A DNA stretch of 64,000 nt, taken from NCBI GenBank assembly GCA_051294905.1, contig CM119371.1, positions 27,220,001 through 27,284,000 of the forward strand, read 5' to 3'. Shown here piece after piece: positions 13,069-26,600 of the stretch (within the stretch, counting starts at the first letter, position 1; each line of letters starts with the position of its first letter). Position numbers and translations under genes: made by a program. This stretch comes from Botryllus schlosseri (lineage: Eukaryota). A model generated the notes under the pieces. That model saw only the letters and a list, made by a program, of their open reading frames with translations. It was not told the DNA's origin and ran no database searches.

Positions 13069-14197
13069 CAGAGGTCTCAAACTCAAATGTGCTCGCGGGC
13101 CAATTTCCTACTTTTTGATGGCGCCGCAGGCCGCAGCACTAATAATAGGGGGATTCAATGTATTTCCAACTAGGCCTGATTTGATAGAAACTTGCAGGCT
13201 GACATTCCACACGCATCGTAAAAATATGATTTACTATTGTGAATTCACGACCGCCACGGAAAAAATAACATTTTTAAATATTTGAATAAAATTGTTGCTG
13301 TACTTGGGATAGATTGTCAAAATAATTAGTTGTAGACACCATGCGAGAGTACAAATGCATCAGGACATCGTAAAAGCTGCTGCGTTATAATTTTGCAGAT
13401 AGCGGACATTTGACGGGCCGCAATTATAGGTAGAATTTTAGAATTTTACAAAGATTCATCTGATATGAAATCATTGGAGCAGTACAGCCTAATCCGGGTC
13501 TCGGGTATACTCCTGATAACTAGGCTATTGATCATGTCATTACCAAAGTCAAATTAAGTCAGCGTTAGATTTACCATCACAATAACATGTATAAAGATAC
13601 CCAAGATGACACAAGATGTAACCAACTATACATCATGCCGGCAACATAATGCCAACGGTTGCCATACCGACCTGCTTAAACATCTAAATAAGCTAAGAAA
13701 CGCAAGCTACGACCTTTTCATATATTCTACTATTTTCCATACCAGTTTGATATAGTTTGTTGCGTCCGTAGTTGTACCAAGTCCCGGCGTTCAGCGTCAC
13801 AAAAGTCCTTCTCTGATTGTATCTTTTGACGCAACGCAATTAGAGTCATTTTTATTTTATGACCTATTGAGTCCGAGTTCGAGTAATTCTACAAAATGTC
13901 GCGTCCAAGTCCAAATCACAATTTTCAGTACGAATCAGCAAGGGGTCATGTTTAAACATCATAAACAAGTAATACTACGTATAATGGGTAATCTTCCACT
14001 GAGTCGTAACTTTTCAAAGTGATGTAATAGTGAAGTTTGTTGAGTAGTTTCGGGCTATTGGAATAGTTTTATAGCGAATAGCGAAGTCTTCAAACTAAAA
14101 CAAAATGCCAGTTCAATACTGTCGAATACTTCAAAATCCAAAATGTAGTTGCGGGCCGCACAAAATGGTCTCGCAGGCCGCGTGTTTGAGACCTCTG
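13069..14197. mobile_element. hAT Charlie-like MITE
   Basis: TIR CAGAGGTCTCAAAC; TSD CGCTAGGG/CGCTAGGC. Confidence 0.88.
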
Positions 14198-15632
14198 CGC
14201 TAGGCTATCTTCAAGGATTGGGTAGGAGTTCCTTACAACTCCATACCAGTGACACTCCTTGATACTGCTTCCCAGTACGTCAATAACAGATGATTTATTC
14301 TCCGATATGATTTTTTCTTGTTAAACAGGACCACGGAACGACGCCTCTACTATAAAAAAAATAGAATACTGTTTCCTTTTTCTGGTTACCGTTGCGTAAA
14401 TTGGTTCATTTCAGAAATTCGAAACCCACAGCAATATCAGTAACACTACTTGTTCCGACTTCCCAATATAAATATAACTATATATATTATAATATAAATT
14501 CTATATATTACATAGCAGCCTAAATCGGTATCGATATCGATCGAACAACATACAACGCAGAGTGGTACAGCTTCCTCAACTTCTATCAAGATAACAGGGG
14601 TTTTCCAGTTGTCGCTCACTTATACCGGGCATATCACCACAATGTTTTAAAACCTTCACACAATTGAAGCCAGCGACAACATGTTGGCTGAAGCGTAAAT
14701 TTATTTTTACTTCCGATAAATCTACCGCAAAATATTCTACTTTATTGTAGTGTAGTGTAAGATGATCTACCAAAAATGTGACTGCCCCATGTATCTGCCA
14801 ATTCGTCGGAACTGATAATTTAGTCAACAGCAATAGGGATGGTGTGAACGTGAGGTTAACGTTCGCGTTCTGTGTGTGAGGTGAACCTCGGGAATTTATA
14901 GGTTCACGTTGACAAACGAACCTTGGTAGGTTCTGCACTGTAAACATTTTTCATGTATCACAGCTTTCACTTCATTATAACATCTTTGCTTGAAATTTAT
15001 TGCATTTGAACTGCGGGCCATTATATGTGCATGTCGCTGGAAACATAAAAAATCAACACTAAACGAGCAGGCACCTTTACAATCTTATAAATTTTACTAG
15101 CTTTGTTACAAAAGTTTGCTCGAATATTTAGTGACTCTTTGCTGTAAGCTTGACCCGCAATCACACAATATCAAGAGCGAAATACACTACAGGTTGTCAG
15201 CGAATGATGCTTATCCAACCAATCAATGAAATTGATATCGTTGTCTGATGTAAAAAATATAGCAAGCGTACGGGGTCCATTTCGATTCCATATGTTTATT
15301 GTATCATAAAAAACAAATCCGTTGCGGTTGGGGTGATGGTTATTGCTGTATGAAATGATATACGCATAGCACACTCTGCTCAATATCAACGTATCAACAC
15401 TCAGACGCGGAATGCATTGTCAGGTATGGCCGAGACCGCTAAGGGGTAAATTATATTCCCTTGCAAGTCCTCGTCAAAATTTTTGGCAAAGCGACGCAAG
15501 ATATTAATTTTATCGGATCATTATATCATTTGATTGCCGCAGTTGATACATTTGGCGACGTTTAAAACGTCTATATCTACTTTAGCATTGTGGCATCATG
15601 TGGCCTGAGTCGTCGCTAGGTATCGTGTACAT

Positions 15633-18482
15633 GAGGGATGTCAAACATAGGGCCCGCGGGCCGCACCTGGCCCGCGAAGTAATTCTGAGTCGATTAAAAA
15701 ATGCTTGTATTATCCAGCACATTTCTAACAAATGTTGAGAATTATAGCAGGAAATACTTCCATTAACTACTCCTTCAAGACAGCACATGTCGAGTGTGTT
15801 TATAGGCCACATTATAACCACCTGATTGGGGAAGCGAGTGCCGCAGTTGGTTAAACACCGCATCCACGACACTAATGTTTGGTGGCTCGAGTCTCGGCTC
15901 TCGGCCATGTCTCTATGTGTTGGAGGCAGGGCCGTAACAGCACTTCGTCAGCCCCCCCCCCAAAAAAACTTTGGTCTTGGGCCCGCCATAGGGTTATAAA
16001 CCCCCCTCCGGCGATACCCTGTTTACCGCGATTTATCATATTGTTGGGAGTTTGTTTAGTGAATCAGCTTTTGTCGCCTAAGCGCGCGAAGCGCGGAAAA
16101 TTTCTAGAATTCATGATTGAATCGGTCAGTAGGATCGGGAATTGCATATATATTGCTATCAATTTTTATCTTCTCTCTGCTCACGTAATCAGATTTGCCG
16201 GTAGAGCTGAGTGAGGTGTGTTTGAAAGGTAGGACGACTCAATAATAATTAAACATCTTCGGGCGTATACCCATTGGCAGGAACTAAACAGTACCTCGTC
16301 AGGCCCCCAAAAACGTGGGTCATGGGCTCCCATAGGGTGTAAATCGACCCCCCATCACGTTGTTCGCGTTTGTCACGAAATCATCTGTACTGTATTGTGA
16401 GGCAGCGCGAAGAGCGAAAATTTTCGATAATTTATGACAAAATCGCTCAATCAGATCGGCGATTTCATATATATTATGCTATCAATTTATTGTCCTCTCT
16501 ACTCACGTAATTAGATACACCGGTAGAGCCGAGTGAAGTGTCTTGAAAACGGGAGGGCCCGTAAATAATAATTAAACATCTTCGGCGGGCGGACCCGTTG
16601 ATATGACTTCGTTACATGATGTTATTTCGTGACTTCCAGTCTGCTATAACAAAAAATATAGAATCGCACAAACGTGAGCTTCTGAACTAAGAGACGCACA
16701 CGATTTCAAATTGGTATTTCTTCACTAGCATAAAATTTTTACCAGCGGGATGGTATTTGTCTTGTGAGGTTCAGATTGCAAAGACAGCAACATTCAGCGC
16801 CAGTCATTTAGGCGCCTATGGACAATTAAACCTATATGTATTTTGTATATATAACGAAGTCTTCGGTCAGCATAAGGGCATAGACCTTTTAGGCCAAGGT
16901 TTTCTCGCTGCCGATCGTTCTGGCACACTTCTTGGAGTCGCATGTTATATGGCCCAAAACTTGATTGCATGTCTTGGTAGGTCGTGGTGCGGTAATGGCC
17001 CAATACCCAATAATAAAGACAAATGGCTACTGTAATTCGCGCGCGGCGCGAACAATTTTGAAAAAATTGTAAAAAATTTCAAAAAATACTCTATGATTTA
17101 TGCTAATTCACGAAATAATTTTGGTTTTCTTCGAGCTCGCCCCTCCCCCAATTGGGGGGTTTGGGGTGCGGCAGTTACGGTGCTGGTTGGAGGTTTATCT
17201 GGGCTCCTCATCGCCGGACCCGCTGTAAATACAACTCATGGAAGAAGCTCGAAGGAAGAGAGAGCCGAATTCTTGATGAATTATTGATGGCAGCAAATGA
17301 CTCAAGACAAGTGTACTGTAATATGAGTATATGTATGATATTTACTGTGCGGGCGCATATAACCAAGTTGTTGAAAGTTGAAAGCGAATGTCAATAAAAC
17401 AAAACAAAGAACCACCTGACTGCGGTGCTGTGGTTTCTAGTCACCATTAGGAACAGAACGCTGACATTGACACTCAATTCCGAGAAGGCAAGATAGTGCA
17501 AATTCACTTCACTGACTAAAAACTAGCTATTAACAGAAGCGAAAACGTCAATGCGAAAAATAAAAAGTATATTAGAGGTCTCCACTGACTAGCACTCGAG
17601 AAAAACCCGAACCGCGATATAATAGTATGAAGCAAATGCCAATGTCCACCATCACAGTTAAATCATTTGCATTCCTCACAACGCATAGGCAGGATTGATG
17701 CCAATATATCACTAAACAAATTGACGATAGCAATATGCCATCTTATCATCGTTAGAGCCACTGTTTTGCCGGTTTATAACCAATGTCGCCAGACATCTTT
17801 TGCAAAAAAGGACCGAACAGCGCCGAAAAGGGCCAAATTGTTCAATAACGTTAATAACGTTGCAACATTAACCACAGACCTTTTGTCAATCACCTGGAAT
17901 GCAAGTTTCATATTGTTGGTACTGGTGTAGAACACCAAATCCACTACCTTCAACGACACTGGATCCAACTACAATAACTGCTATTATTTCAAGCCTTTTG
18001 CGACCGAATATAGAATCGTCAAATAAAACGTTTTGTGCTATAATATGAGAGTGATTAAATTTTATGAATTTTAATTAAAAATTGAGAAAATAGCTTCTTT
18101 GCATTTAAAACTTACCCAACTTATATACCTAATTTTTAGGTTTTTCATCAAAAAAATCTCTTTTTCTGCTACTCAACTCCCAGCTATATTCGATGCTTTA
18201 TCGTCAACCCATTCAAAAATCTGTATTTACAATTTCAACACAGTCTACATTCCACAAAAACAATTCGGAATCTTAATCTTCTACGGTGCTTTCACTCGAA
18301 TCTTTGACATTGGCAAAAACATTGTCAGCTCAATTTACGAGATACATTTATCAGAATAGCTCGTTCGATGGCACGTCTCGTGGATTTTGAGGTATTTTGA
18401 AATTAGGGCATTTTGGTGCGGCCCGCAAGCGATTTGAAATGTCGAATCCAGCCCGCGACGACAGTTGAGTTTGATACCCCTG
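15633..18482. mobile_element. hAT Charlie-like element nested in 14834-18645
   Basis: Ends GAGGGATGTCAAAC.../...GTTTGATACCCCTG; TSD GTGTACAT/CTGTACAT. Confidence 0.82.
15927..17185. mobile_element. hAT Tip100-like MITE nested in 15633-18482
   Basis: Ends CAGGGCCGTAAC.../...GTTACGGTGCTG; perfect TSD GTTGGAGG; internal ~330-bp direct duplication. Confidence 0.8.
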
Positions 18483-18859
18483 CTGTACATTAATATACGC
18501 TATCATTTCACTAAAATGTAGGGTTGGAATCAGCAATATGACGTCACGTGACGCCATGAGGTTCACGTTCGTGTTCACACAGAAGCTTTCGAAAAGGTTC
18601 GGGTTCACACGATCCTGAACCTTTCAGAGGTTCACACCATCCCTATTCAACACCCCAAGTGTTGCGGCCAGACTAATCAAATTTTTGATTTCCCTTGCAA
18701 GTTCACAATCCGGACAGTCCATATTGGATAACATAACTAATTCCGAAAATTATCTCGCAGGACATTCAAAACCTTCTGGCGGGCAACATGTGACCCGCGG
18801 GCCACGGGTGTGCGGCACTAGACTTTACATGTTCGTGTATGTACTGTTTCTGAGGTCAA

Positions 18860-20270
18860 AATTGAACCAATGCCAGTTTGTCGCTGACGAAACTAATCTT
18901 TTGTTTGTGGACCATGCTTATTTTATAGCGCGATATCATCTTACTGAGCGTTGGTCATATAAATGTCGTTTTATGTATTACGTATTTTTACGTATGTAAT
19001 GTTTTTCCGCTTATGATACCAATAACCGAGGTTTTAGAGTGTTCAAGGTGGTATCATGGTATCTATCGAGACAGTTTTTCTCGTTGAAGTCTTTCTCCTC
19101 TGAAGTCTTTATATTTGTCAATGCGGAAATGACTCTTACTGCTCGTCTCGAGTATTACAATTGATTCGCGAATAGGATTCCAGAATGCACATCATTGTAC
19201 CTTGCCCTGATGATAACTTGACCGGCATAAAAATTATAGGAGCAGCTAAGGTGGATATGCATCGCGTCTAAAGTCAACGAACCGTGACATAATTATGACA
19301 CAAAAGCTTCGAAGAAAAGATGACGGTGTTATTCGATCAGTAAAGTGTGAAACACAGGAGCAGGTCCTTCTGCCATTCTCGAGTGAGAGGTGTCGACGTC
19401 GTTGGACGTAACGCATCAATGCATAGTTGACGAACGCATGACGTATTACCATTGGGTTTTCGGTAAGTAATCTCGATGACTGGAAATATACCACATACGT
19501 GTGAGCGCGTATATGGAAGCAATACAGTTTTGGAGCGGGTATTCTGTTCGTTTGACGTAATGCACCGACGCATAGTTGAGAAAAGCTTGTAATATTGTAT
19601 TTGGTGTACATCTACAAATAACAAACAAACAAAATGGTATTATATCACCTACTCGAGAAACCGTACTAAGATTTCGATTTCGTGCATCTGACTAGCGCAC
19701 TGTTTAGCTTATTTGATAGGGTTAGACTTAATTTATTCTCAGACACGAGAGTATTGAAGCTGACAACGAAAGGAAACAGTGCATTGGTGCATCCAAACTT
19801 ACAACATGGTCCATTCGGTCATGCTCATGCCGAACTATAATAAATTAATTGCAATATTGCATCGTGCGATATTTCGTATTATTCATTAATGCTGCAAACG
19901 ACTGATGATGATGTCTGACAAAGCTTTGTCAATCCAGTGAATATTGAGTGTTTTTTGCAAACAAATTATACCATGTACTCCAAACGCTACACGTAATCCA
20001 TAAACCCCGAGATGTATTTTTCATGTTAAAAAAGGACCACGTTGCAACGCCCCTATTATACTATAAAAACAGTACACGGTTTCTTTTTTCTGATGACCAT
20101 TACGTAAATTGCCACATTTCAGGCATTTTGCAACCACACAAATATCAGGAACACTACTTGTTACGGTTCCCGATGATCTCAATAGAGCGAGTGCTCTGAA
20201 AAAGACACGGAAATTCAGTCATTAGTTCCCAACAATATTTCAATAGCGTCGTCTGCCGAGAGAAATATTA
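18860..20270 (-). pseudogene. Copy of the decayed ORF module
   Basis: Fragments 19246-19611 and 19446-19628 join by a frameshift into PNTILQAFLNYASVHYVKRTEYPLQNCIAS...NPMVIRHAFVNYALMRYVQR. Confidence 0.5.
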
Positions 20271-23200
20271 GACCAGGGGTGCTCATCTTCCCATGTACAA
20301 CGGGCCTCATTGTAACAGCAATAAATGCTGCCGGCCGCAAAACATTATCACCGTATATTGGTAGTCCACTATTAAATTCACTGCATGTCCCAGTCGTATA
20401 CTGACGTTTATTACATTTTTAAACATTCTAAAACATTAGTAAACATCGTTCGTAGTTACTGTATTTTGTTGGAACATGTCAAATTCCAATGGCGTCAGTT
20501 ATTCACGATGATTTTTTTCCTAAAATTGGCGTAGGCCTACTGATGGTAGTGGGGTTGCAGTTAAAGCAAAAGTGTATTTTAAACAAATCAGTTTAAAACA
20601 TGGGCCACGTTCAAACCATTTTATAACGATGACGTCACGAATGCGTAATGGTGAAGTCAAGACGGATTGACATTTGCATTTGAAAATATAGCGTGGAAAT
20701 GGCTCTCTAATCACTAATGGTGACGTCACAATCGATTGAAATATACATTTAAAAATATAGGGTAAAAATAGCTCTTTTGATGAAAAAGCTTTCGACCACT
20801 GTTATAAATAGTTCAAAAATACCTTTAACCGGGACGTCGTCGATATGTAGCGTTTTAACAGTGGGCGGTTATCATCATTGCAGCATCCATGTCTCCCAAT
20901 AATCTATAACTAAATGCTTTAACTGTTCAACCGACGTTCATTTCCAGTGTTCCAGCCACTTCATATCGTATACGTCGACTATATCGGGTGCAAATCGTCC
21001 ATAGGTTCATGGTGCGTTTTTTTTTGGAAGTATTCACACAATTATAGCATAATTATACGAAGCTTTTTTAGTAGGATTCCTGATATACACCACTTGTTTC
21101 AAATGCAACCTTAACCGGTAGCAACTTTTTGGAGCTTACATTGCATGCATTGCCGGGTCTGTATAGGCACCTTCAAACATTTCCACCAGAAAACGGCACT
21201 CTCTGTTTCAATCCGTGGGCATGTTTGAAATTACAATAACTGTTATTGTCCCAGAGGCTATTATTACTTCGACAGTAAAATCAGAAGAAGTCTGGCGGAC
21301 ATATTGGTTTTAGCGATATTCCAAGCAATTTCAAACGATTCCTCCGTGACGTTGTTTTCATTTTACCAATACCTCGTAATATAGATCGCAGTGATTGACA
21401 CCTAGCTTACAACGTTTATTTTCTAAATATCAGGTGAATATGTTTTTTTAATACTTAGGATGAAATTGTCAGTGGTTTCGTTTAAATCTCACCCGCTTCG
21501 TTACGAAAAATGAAACATATTGCTTTACATTTATCGCGGCAAAAGTAAACTCTTTTTTCCACGTAGAGTCCAACACAAATTTCCGTCGTTTAATTTCAAT
21601 GTCACTGTCGCTAACAGTTCAAGCCTGTTGTGGTGCGTGTAAAACTCATAAAGCCTGAGTGGCGGATTTCGATTAGCAAAACAGTATCAATCTTAACTCG
21701 AGCATATCAAGAGACCAAAATACATCAAAGAACGAGTCATCACCAAACAAAACAGAGACGGTGTGAATGGAGAGCTAAGTAGATAAATTAATACCAGACA
21801 ATACCAAGTCAGAAATGACATTCATAATCAAAGACGTTGTGGGCCACAAAATAAGCGACTGCGAGACGGTCGTTGAAGGCGCTGTATTTGAGAGGATACC
21901 GAATTGCGAATTAACAAAATTGAAGCAAATCCCGCCGTCCGCGTCAACATTGAAATATTTTGTATTCCTCACAACGAATACGCAGGTCTAGAGCGAGATT
22001 ATGACTAAAACAAAGTCAGCATAGACATATGGCAACTAATATCTTCTTTAGAGTCATTGTTTTAGCGGTGTACAACTGTATTCAACCGTATATTCATCGT
22101 ATTTTCCAATTCCATTGTTGTGAATGAAGGTGTTGCTACAATAGAACCTCTGTGATCCTTAATAGATTTGATGATAAAGTATTCACGCGAAAATCACGGC
22201 CATGGATTTTGAGATAACAAGCTGTATTCATTTGACTGTTTCGGCCCGCCATGCCAGTTAAGTTTGACACCTCTGGTCCGAACCTTGTGAAATGTGATGT
22301 TTTAAAATTGCAATGTCAATTCATGTGATATAGTAGCCTATCTCACATATTGTGGTTGCGGTTTACCGTATACCTAGCATATTTTCAGCAGTTCAAAAGA
22401 GGATATTCATAACCGGCAATTAATTCGAAGGTAGAAGTACTTTCGAGTTTGACAATTATTTATCTTACCTCGGTACGAGCTAGACTAGGGGTAGGTGATT
22501 TCCCAAAACTACAAAGATATAACCGAAAATATTGTGGCAGGCCTAGATAAAAGTTCAAACTACATTCTGCAGATTCGTAGCAGGCTGGTGGGCTTTGCGA
22601 TATCATGATCAGGGGCGCGCGAAAATTTTCACTATCAAAAAGGGGGGCGTGTCTAAAAAAGTTTGAGAACCACCGTTTTATAAAATTAAATTGGCATTTC
22701 AGCGACGGTCATTACCGAGACCGATACCAAGAAATCTGAAGTTTAGGCCAACATGCGACTTCGCGAAGGGGGTTACCAAGTAAAACCTTGTGCGAAAATC
22801 ACCACCTCATGTTGACCGAAACCATCAATTGTTAATTGCCCATTGTCGATAGGTGCGGAATAGTCCTGCGTTTGCTATCTGAAGTCACCAACTTTGGGAG
22901 GGGTGTCTGACAAAGTACTATTTTGGTTCTGTATACAAACATGGTGCGAACTAATTCATGATTTCTTAAAAATGTCAGTGGCTAGCTAGTTGAAATGAGA
23001 TGTTTTAATTACACAAGACCGTCTTAGAATTTTTACTGCAATGTGATTCAAGCTCAGTGCTATAAGTATTAATGAGGAAATTCAATTTGGTACGGGTAAA
23101 ATGCAGGAGTGAGTGGTAGCCCGTCTCTTCAATCAGCACCGAAGAAGTAGCCCATGGGTGCAAAAAGGTTGATGACTCCTGCCCTAACAGATAATAAACA

Positions 23201-23618
23201 ACATAATACAAGACAAACAATTTGCAGAAAGTAAATGTATTAGTTGCAACCATGGTAACATAAATTCAATGATATCCCATATATACGTGACACGGAGCCA
23301 ACCTCTAAATAACATTGAATATTAGTGATAGGTATTGAAATTTCAAAATAGATGACATGAGGTCTTCCAGGAAAGCAGGGAATAGCACGACGTGGAATAG
23401 ACCTTTATATGACATCCAATTGTAATTATTCTCAAACGTGGTGTATAAATCTGCTAGTCGTATACCGTATAGTCAATATTTCTAGTTGCCTTAATGCAAA
23501 CGGCTGGTTGCAATTCAAGGGCTAGTGATTATTAGATAAGTATCCTATACATGACTTAGACATCTCAATGCCACTACTAGCCAAGTTACAACGTAATCAG
23601 AGGTAAACGGACGAATTT

Positions 23619-26600
23619 TCAGAATCTTCTTCGGAATTTCATCTCGGAGTAGCCAAGGTATTGAAGAGTTCCTGGAACAGTGAGATGCGACCACGTAATT
23701 CCACTCTCGTCAACCCTCCCGAAATTTCCATTCAGATTGCTATCGTAGCAACTCGTGTACCACCAAGCTCCTCCCCATCTAGAAGCGCAATTCCAACTTG
23801 GATATGCGTCATGATCTGCGTCTTTCGTTGAGAATGGTTGGTTATTGTGCGAAGCGAGTGAATCTGTGGCATTTCCGGAGTATCCGGAGACGTTCAATAT
23901 GTAATTGGTGGAGCCAGGTCCGATTCGAAAATTCCTAAATAACATGATACGAAAAATCTTGAATACGCAGCTAATATTTCATATTGATTTTCGTAACCTC
24001 ATTCCGTAACAAATGTTGATTTGTGAGCTGAAATAGAATAACGGATGTGTCTTGTGGGCAAGGTGCCAGAAATGGTAATTGAATCCCTAATTTATCCACC
24101 TATACAATGATTATTTAATATTTTTTTCAATTACACGTGAACCTATTATACATAATTTCTTCAAGGTTGAACCCATAAGAGGTGGTCATACTAACTTCAG
24201 TACTACCATAAGTACTCATACTACATAAGTGCTACTTCGTGTAATAGGCTACTGAAGGTAATTACGCCAACTTCCAGTTCTTAGTCAAGCTGTTATGCTT
24301 TCCGGGTTATCCGAAAAATATATGACGCAATACTATTTACTTTACATAGGTAGTAGTAGAAAGTAGTTCATGAATTGCTGACGTCACTTCTGTGAGTAAA
24401 AGTATCATGACAACCGGGCTGGAGGAGGGAAAAATTTATGACGAAACAGCATACTCACCTTAGGAATATAACACCGAAAGAAAGAAGACAATGAATGAAG
24501 TATTAGTAGAGCTAGTGACTAAAGTCAACAATGAAAAACCATCGCCTACCGATACTTGGCAGTCAGTCGGAGTCCATGTGTCGTGATCATAGTAATTTTC
24601 AACTCATAATCTCCTTCCCGTGTCATCTGATGTAACGCCTCCAGTCCTGATGAAAAAGATAATTTTAAGTATCATAACTCTGCGGAATCGGTGCGGCAAT
24701 AGCATTCGATTAATGACATATGCATTCTGAGCTGTGCAGTGCAGACTTGGACAACTAGATAATTCTAGTTTTCTAATTTAACTAAATTAGAGCGAAATGC
24801 CAGTAATCTAATTCTAATCTAATTTGTGAAATATTTCTATGCTCTAATTCTAATTCTAATCTAATTTGTGAAATGTTCTATGCTCTAATTCTAATTCTAA
24901 TCTAATTTGTGAAATGTTCTGTGCTCTAATTCTAATTCTACTCTAATTTGTCAAATGTTTCTATGTGCTAATTTTAGTTCTAATCTAATTTATTGTTTTT
25001 CTGAAAATGCCTCTTTGTCCGCGGCATTTTACACCTAGTTAACAAAAATATCCCTCTCGCGCAGGGAAATCCAGTGCCAAGTGCAATCATCGCATTACTT
25101 GCATACACCGTACCATCATATTATTTATCGTGACGAACAATAGCAATGATGGCATAGTAGCGTGTAGTCTCCGAACAACATCATAGTTTTGATCACAAAC
25201 AGTACAGCAGCGAAGAAAAAAAGACAGTCAACACATAGGCTTGTTCACTTTCATGCCCGTAACTACATCAAGTAAAATGATGATGATTGCTTTAGATCTA
25301 ACCACAGAAAATATATTCGAGAATGAAGTGGAACGAGGTTTTGAAAAAGAGCACGATCATGATCATGGTCTGCGATGTTTCGAGTTACTGGAAAGGAGAA
25401 AATCGTTTTCCTCATCTTAAGGCTGCTGCTCGAGAACTCGTAAGCATGACGGCAATATTCGTTTTTTTGCAGCCATGTAAGAGAGCCATGCAATAATGCA
25501 ATATCGAGACAAAATAGCCCACACGCAGTCGAGCAACCATGTTTTTAAAGCTTTACGCTATTAGAACGCCGTGCTTATGGGCTTGGTTACGACAAAAGAA
25601 GTAATATTCTATTAAAGAGGTACATATAAAACATGAAATATCATGATCATAAACTTAATTTTATTTTTAACTAAAAGCTGCGCACGATACACGACAAAGC
25701 TTTACAGCGACTAATGAATCGATATTGGGGATATGCGGACATGTTACTAGCTGAAAGACTATCTCATCCCAAAGATTGATCTTGTGGGAAAGCCATATGC
25801 CATAAGCCACTTTCTAAGCGTCTCAGTCTTGGCAGTGTCTGGGCAATTTTACGTCAAGGAAATTTGCTCATATCAGAATATATACTCTCCAACGATGTTT
25901 CCATAAAAGGAAAGGAAAGGACGTAGTTTTTTTTTTGACCTTGATGGTTTTGGCCGAAGCCATTTCGGCTAGTGAATAATAGTGGTGTTTGGCACAGGCG
26001 ATTGAATTATTTTGAAACAACTACAACAATTTGAGACTTGAAATCAATTTCAGCATTTCAAATTGTTTATCGCGTTCTTCCAAAATCACAAATCAAATCG
26101 TTGGCCGTATGTTGGTGACCCCTGGTATAGCGCAAAACGAGAAAAGCTTGATGTACAGACGCTAACCATTCTCATGTTTATGAGAATGCGCACTGTGATT
26201 TGATATGAACTGAGCTTGATTTGCGCTGTATTCATTTATAAGTCATAATTTCATTCAATTTTCAACTTTTTGCGAATTCAGAAATTCTAATTCTAATTCT
26301 AATCTAATTTGAAAAAAGCTGTGTAGCTTTTATTCTAATTCTAATCTAATTTGGAAAAAATTTATAGCTATAATTCTAATTCTAATCTAATTTTGAAAAA
26401 ACTATGTAGCTCTCATTCTAATTTTATTCTAATTTAGAAAAGCTGAAAATTTTCTAGTTGTCCAAGTCTGGTGCAGTGTCCATGCTGAAATGCACTAGCA
26501 CAGGCTTATCTTGGCTCGTCTGTGCGTCACATCTCCTTTCGCGATATATTCTAATTACTTGGTTTCGGAAGTAAAATCGATCAAAATTAGTCATTTACGA

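Larger units (their letters stand above)
14834..18645. mobile_element. Second, inverted copy of the TAGGGATG Ac-like MITE, expanded by nested insertions
   Basis: TIR TAGGGATGGTGTGAAC at both ends; body is the reverse complement of 11448-12334. TSD is not clean. Confidence 0.82.

Noticed and set aside
20274..22680. A single intact transposon
   Set aside because: Several hAT-like end fragments are present, but I could not pair TIRs with a matching TSD.
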